Shown: in pieces, positions 57,416-64,000 of the stretch
Layout: every line of letters begins with the position of its first letter
Position numbering within the stretch: position 1 is the stretch's first letter
Assembly (NCBI GenBank): GCA_964016885.1
Contig: OZ024764.1
Coordinates: 12,896,001 to 12,960,000, forward strand
Source of the DNA: Eledone cirrhosa
Taxonomy: Eukaryota
Length of the DNA stretch: 64,000 nucleotides
Reading direction: 5' to 3'
Notes under the pieces: model-generated
Seen by the model: the letters and a program-made list of their open reading frames with translations, nothing else
Databases searched by the model: none
Told to the model about the DNA's origin: nothing
Translations under genes and position numbers: made by a program

Positions 57416-57457
<42 letters not shown>

Positions 57458-57529
57458 CATATATATATATATTTATTTATATATATCTACATATCTCTCT
57501 CTCTATATATATATATATATAGACATATT

Positions 57530-57583
<54 letters not shown>

Positions 57584-58829
57584 TGTGTGTGTATGAATCC
57601 ATGTAATTTGCGGTACATTTGTATCGCCGTGGTGATGTGCGACAATGCAAGGTGAGAGGTGACTTGTTGCAGCCGACAAATTATCATCTAAAATTGCACA
57701 TCTTTGCACCATAGACACTGCGCTACATCGCTGGTGCCCTGGTGATGGTGGTGTGGTGTGGTGTGGTGTGGTGGTGGTGGTGTAGTGGTGGTATGGTGGT
57801 GTGGTGGTGGTGATGGTGGTGATGGTGTAATGGTGGTGGTGTGTAGTGGTGGTGGTGTGGTGTGGTGGTGTGTAGTGGTGCTGTGGTGTAGTGTTGGTGG
57901 TGGTGTGGTGGTGGTGTGGTGGTGATGGTGTAATGGTGGTGGTGTGGGTGGTGTGTAGTGGTGGTGGTGTGGTGGTGTGTAGTGGTGCTGTGGTGTAGTG
58001 TTGGTGGTGGTGTGGTGGTGATGGTGTAATGGTGGTGGTGGTGATGGTGTAATGGTGGTGGTGGTGTGGTGTGGTGGTGTAGTGTTGGTGGTGGTGTGGT
58101 GGTGATGATGGTGTAATGGTGGTGGTGGTGATGGTGTAATGGTGGTGGTGGTGATGGTGTAATGGTGGGTGGTGTGGTGTAGTGGTGGTGTGGTATAGTG
58201 TTGGTGGTGGTGTGGTTGTGGTGGTGGTGTGGTGTGGTGGTGTGTAGTGGTGGTGTGGTGTAGTGTTGGTGATGGTGGTGGTGTGGTGGTGGTGGTGTGC
58301 TATAGTGTTGGTGGTGTGGTTGTGGTGGTGGTGTGGTGTGGTGGTGTGTAGTGGTGGTGTGGTGTAGTGGTGGTGGTGTGGTGGTGGTGTTGGTGTTGTA
58401 GTGGTGGTGGTGTGGTGGTGATGATGGTGTAATGGTGGTGGTGGTGATGGTGTAATGGTGGGTGGTGGTGGTGTAATGGTGGTGGTGTGGTGTAGTGGTG
58501 GTGTGGTATAGTGTTGGTGGTGGTGTGGTTGTGGTGGTGGTGTGGTGTGGTGGTGTGTAGTGGTGGTGTGGTTGTGGTGTTGGTGTTGTTGTAGTGGTGG
58601 TGGTGTGGTGGTGGTGTTGTAGTAGTGGTGGTGGTGGTGCGGTGTTGGTCTGGTGGTTGTCTACATATCTATGTGTTGGCACGCCTGACGCCAGAGAGAT
58701 GGATCTGACCACGAATAAATATATATATGATGTGTATAGTGTGTGTACTGTGTGTGTGTGGTGTGTATGGTGTGTGTACTGTGTGTATGTGGTGTGTATG
58801 GTGTGGTGTATGTGTGTGTATTGTGTGTG

Positions 58830-59090
58830 GTGTGGTGCATCGTGTGTGCATGGTGTGTGGTGTGGTTTATCGTGTGTGCATGGTGTGTGGTGTGGTTTAT
58901 CGTGTGTGCATGGTGTGTGGTGTGGTGTATCGTGTGTGCATGGTGTGTGGTGTGGTTTATCGTGTGTGCATGGTGTGTGGTGTGGTGTATCGTGTGTGCA
59001 TGGTGTGTGGTGTGGTGTATCGTGTGTGCATGGTGTGTGGTGTGGTGTATTGTGTGTGCATGGTGTGTGGTGTGGTGTATCATGTGGTGT
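58830..59090. repeat. 30-bp minisatellite (~8 copies)
   Basis: Unit cgtgtgtgcatggtgtgtggtgtggtgtat. Confidence 0.9.
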
Positions 59091-59221
59091 ATTGTGTGTG
59101 TATGTGTGGTGTATGGTGTGTGAGTATAGTATATGTGTGTGAATGGGCTTTGAGTGGGTTTTGTCATATGAGGGATGTGTGTATGCGTGTGGGTATGTAT
59201 AAAGTTTCTATGTGGCGATGT

Positions 59222-61400
59222 GTGTGGAGGTGATGGTGTTGTGGGGGAGGTGATAGTATTGTGGTGGGGGTGTTGGTCTTGTGGTGGAGGTGATAGTATT
59301 GTGGTGGAGGTGTTGGTTTTGTGGTGGAGGTGATAGTGTTGTGGTGGAGGTGTTGGTCTTGTGGTGGAGGTGATAGTGTTGTGGTGGAGGTGTTGGTCTT
59401 GTGGTGGAGGTGATAGTGTTGTGGTGGAGGTGTTGGTCTTGTGGGGGAGGTGATAGTATTGTGGTGGAGGTGTTGGTCTTGTGGGGGAGGTGATAGTATT
59501 GTGGTGGAGGTGTTGGTCTTGTGGTGGAGGTGATAGTGTTGTGGTGGAGGTGTTGGTCTTGTGGTGGAGGTGATAGTGTTGTGGTGGAGGTGTTGGTCTT
59601 GTGGTGGAGGTGATAGTGTTGTTGTGGAGGTGTTGGTGTTGTGGTGGAGGTGATAGTGTTGTGGTGGAGGTGTTGGTGTTGTGGTGGAGGTGATAGTGTT
59701 GTGGTGGAGGTGATGGTGTTGTAGTGGAGGTGATAGTGTTGTGGGTGGAGGTGTTGGTGTTGTGGTGGAGGTGATAGTGTTGTGGTGGAGGTGATAGTGT
59801 TGTGGTGGAGGTGAGGTGTTTTGGTGGAGGTGATGGTGTTGTGGTGGAGGTGAGGTGTTTTGGTGGAGGTGATGGTGTTGTGGTGGAGGTGAGGTGTTGT
59901 GGTGAAGGTGATGGTGTTGTGGTGGAGGTGATGGTGTTGTAGTGGAGGTGAGGTGTTTTGGTGGAGGTGATGGTGTTGTAGTGGAGATGATGGTGTTGTG
60001 GTGGAGGTGTTGGTGTTGTGGTGGAGGTGATGGTGTTGTGGTGGAGGTGTTAGTGTTGTGGTGGAGGTGATAGTGTTGTGGTGGAGGTGATGGTGTTGTG
60101 GTGGAGGTGATGGTGTTGTGGTGGAGGTGATAGTGTTTGTGGTGGAGGTGATGGTGTTGTGGTGGAGGTGATAGTGTTGTGGTGGAGGTGATGGTGTTGT
60201 GGTTGAGGTGATGGTGTTGTAGTGGAGGTGATGGTGTTGTGGTGGAGTTGATGGTGTTGTGGTGGAGGTGATAGTGTTGTGGTGGAGGTGATGGTGTTGT
60301 GGTGGAGGTGATGGTGTTGTGGTGGATGGTGTTGGTGTTGTAGTGAGGTGATAGTGTTGTGGTGGAGGTGATAGTGTTGTGGTGGAGGTGATAGTGTTGT
60401 GGTGGAGTGGAGGCTAGTGTTGTGGTGAGGAGGTGTTGTGGTGTAGGTGATAGTGTTGTGGTGTAGGTGATAGTGTTGTGTGTAGGTGATAGTGTTGTAG
60501 TGGAGGTGAGTGGTGTAGTGGAGGTGATGGTGTGTAGTGGAGGTGATGGTGTTGTAGTGTTGAAGGTGATGGTGTTGTAGTGGAGGTGGTGATGGTGTTG
60601 TAGTGTAGGTGATGTGTGTAGTGGAGGTGATGGTGTTGTAGTGGAGGTGATGGTGTTGTGGTGGAGGTGATGGTGTTGTAGTGGAGGTGATGGTGTTGTA
60701 GTGGAGGTGATGGTGTTGTAGTGGAGGTGATAGTGTTGTGGTGGAGGTGATAGTGTTGTGGTGGAGGTGATGGTGTTGTGGTGGAGGTGATAGTGTTGTG
60801 GTGGAGGTGATGGTGTTGTGGTGGAGGTGATGGTGTTGTAGTGGAGGTGATGGTGTTGTGGTGGAGGTGATGGTGTTGTGAGGTGGAGTGTGGGGAGGTG
60901 ATGGTGTTGTGGGGATAGTGATGGTGTTGTGGTGAGGTGATAGTGTTGTAGTGGACGTGATAGTGTTGTGGTGGGAGGTGAGTGGTGTTGTGGTCGGAGG
61001 TGATGGTGTTGTGGTGGAGGTGATGGTGTTGTGGTGGAGGTATGGTTTGTGTATGTTGGTGGAGGTGATAGTGTTGTGGTGGAGGTGATGGTGTTGTAGT
61101 GGAGGTGATGGTGTTGTAGTGGAGTGATGTGTTGTAGTGTTCTTTTCTTATTCTATTTTATCTTAGTGGAGTGATGGTGTGTGGAGGTGATGGTGTTGTA
61201 GTGGACGTGATAGTGTTGTGGTGGAGGTGATGGTGTTGTGGTGGAGTTGATGGTGTCGTGGGGGAAGTGATGGTGTTGTGGGAGGTGATGGTTGGGATGA
61301 TGTTGTGGGGAGGTGATGGTGTTGTGGGGAGGTGATGGTGTTGTGGGGGAGGTGATGATGTTGTGGGGGAGGTGATGGTGTTGTGGGGGAGGTGTGGAGT
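59222..61400. repeat. 20-bp minisatellite (gtggtggaggtgatggtgtt), ~100 copies
   Basis: Direct inspection; alternating 40-bp dimer at 59230-59700, noisier toward 60350-61130. Confidence 0.93.
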
Positions 61401-61707
61401 TGTGGTGTGTAAATAACAACTTAATACCATTGAACAGTGTTTGAATAGAGTAGGTGTGGAGTGGGGATGGGGGGTTGGGCAGGAAGAAGAAGAAGAAGAA
61501 GAAGAAGAAGAAGAAGAAGAAGAAAGAGGAGAAAGAGAAGAAGATTAGGAGGCAGTTAGACCATCTTTGGTGCTGGACACACACACACACACACACAGAT
61601 ATATGTAGACACACTCATGTATATATACAAATACACACATGTATACACGCAAATTTGATTATACGCGTGCATAAATGAATATAAATTCCTTTACATGTGA
61701 CTGTGTG

Positions 61708-61787
<80 letters not shown>

Positions 61788-61944
61788 TATATATATACAT
61801 ATATATGTATATATGAATATATATATACATATATATGTATATATATATATCGTCATTTAACGTCCATGTTCCATGCTTGCATGGAACATGGACGGGAGTT
61901 TTCCCACTTGAAGCAAGAGTGGTTGTCTTGCTCGCATAGGACTG

Positions 61945-62015
<71 letters not shown>

Positions 62016-62023
62016 GTGTATAC

Positions 62024-62144
<121 letters not shown>

Positions 62145-62165
62145 TATACATATATATGTGTATAC

Positions 62166-62248
<83 letters not shown>

Positions 62249-62269
62249 TATACATATATATGTGTATAC

Positions 62270-62318
<49 letters not shown>

Positions 62319-62523
62319 AATATATGTATATATATATGTATGTATATATACATATATATACATATATATATACATATATATGTATATATATATGCATATA
62401 TATACATATATATATACATATATATGTATATATATATGCATATATATGTATATATACATATATATACATATATATATACATATATATGTATATATATATG
62501 CATATATATGTATATATACATAC

Positions 62524-62556
<33 letters not shown>

Positions 62557-62579
62557 CATATATATGTATATATACATAC

Positions 62580-62628
<49 letters not shown>

Positions 62629-62632
62629 CATA

Positions 62633-62664
<32 letters not shown>

Positions 62665-62734
62665 CATATATATGTATATATATATATACATATATATGTA
62701 TATATGTATATATATATATATATACATATATATG

Positions 62735-62780
<46 letters not shown>

Positions 62781-62795
62781 TATATATATATATAT

Positions 62796-62839
<44 letters not shown>

Positions 62840-62873
62840 TCATATATATGTATATATACATATATATGTATAT

Positions 62874-62922
<49 letters not shown>

Positions 62923-62942
62923 TATGTATATTTACATACATA

Positions 62943-62976
<34 letters not shown>

Positions 62977-62985
62977 CATACATAC

Positions 62986-63045
<60 letters not shown>

Positions 63046-63371
63046 GTATAATGTAAGTATGTATATATATATATATTATATATATGTATAATGTAAGTAT
63101 GTACTGTGCTGTAGCTAAATGCATATTCACAAACACGCGCATGCAGGCTTATGTATACTCACACACACACACATACTCACTTAAGTTGGTACTTACACAC
63201 ACAACGCAGACTTACACACACACGCAGACACACACACACGCAGACACACACACACAGACACACACACAGACACACACACACACGCACACAGACTGACTCA
63301 AGTTGGTATTTCAGTACATAAAGTTTCGATAAGCGTATATTTAAATTTACTATATGTGTGTATATACATAC

Positions 63372-63424
<53 letters not shown>

Positions 63425-63425
63425 C

Positions 63426-63484
<59 letters not shown>

Positions 63485-63655
63485 TGTATATATATATATG
63501 TATGTATATGTGTGTGTGTGTATGTATATATGTGTGTGTATATATATGTGTGTGTTTGTGTATATATATGTGTGTATATATGTATTAACTGGTAATCCTG
63601 ATCTCTTTCGATCACTCTCTCTTACTATATATATATATATATATATATATGTGTC

Positions 63656-63928
<273 letters not shown>

Positions 63929-64000
63929 GTATATATATATACACACACAGGCAGGGGTGCATGTATATATATACAAGCATCGAAAGGATACAAAAGACAA

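Noticed and set aside
57595-57740. Unique island with possible exon signals (gcaag|gtgaga)
   Set aside because: No matching acceptor or recognisable peptide on either strand

Overview
A 64-kb window of animal genomic DNA made almost entirely of repeats. It contains (TA)n/(CA)n/(GTG)n/(GAA)n microsatellites, minisatellite arrays, fragments of RTE-, Tx1/L1- and CR1-type LINEs, tRNA-derived SINEs and small TIR MITEs. The repeat set resembles an octopus/cephalopod genome (inference, no search run). Almost every ORF in the supplied track is a translation of simple repeats; only retroelement ORF fragments and one plausible minus-strand host exon (11769-11926) look coding. The main hidden signal is about 15 type I hammerhead ribozyme (HHR) motifs with an intact or compensated catalytic core (stem I - CUGANGA - stem II - GAAA - short stem III with an often palindromic loop - UH - stem I'), plus several decayed copies. 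They belong to at least 7 unrelated sequence families. They sit in short non-coding units inserted in (TA)n tracts, mostly as fold-back inverted pairs. This matches the minimal HHRs known from Penelope-like retroelement (PLE) pLTRs and retrozymes, but no PLE ORF is present in the window. Variants include a U3-A8 compensatory core and HHRs with 90-116 nt stem II domains. All folds were paired by eye; none was computed or tested.
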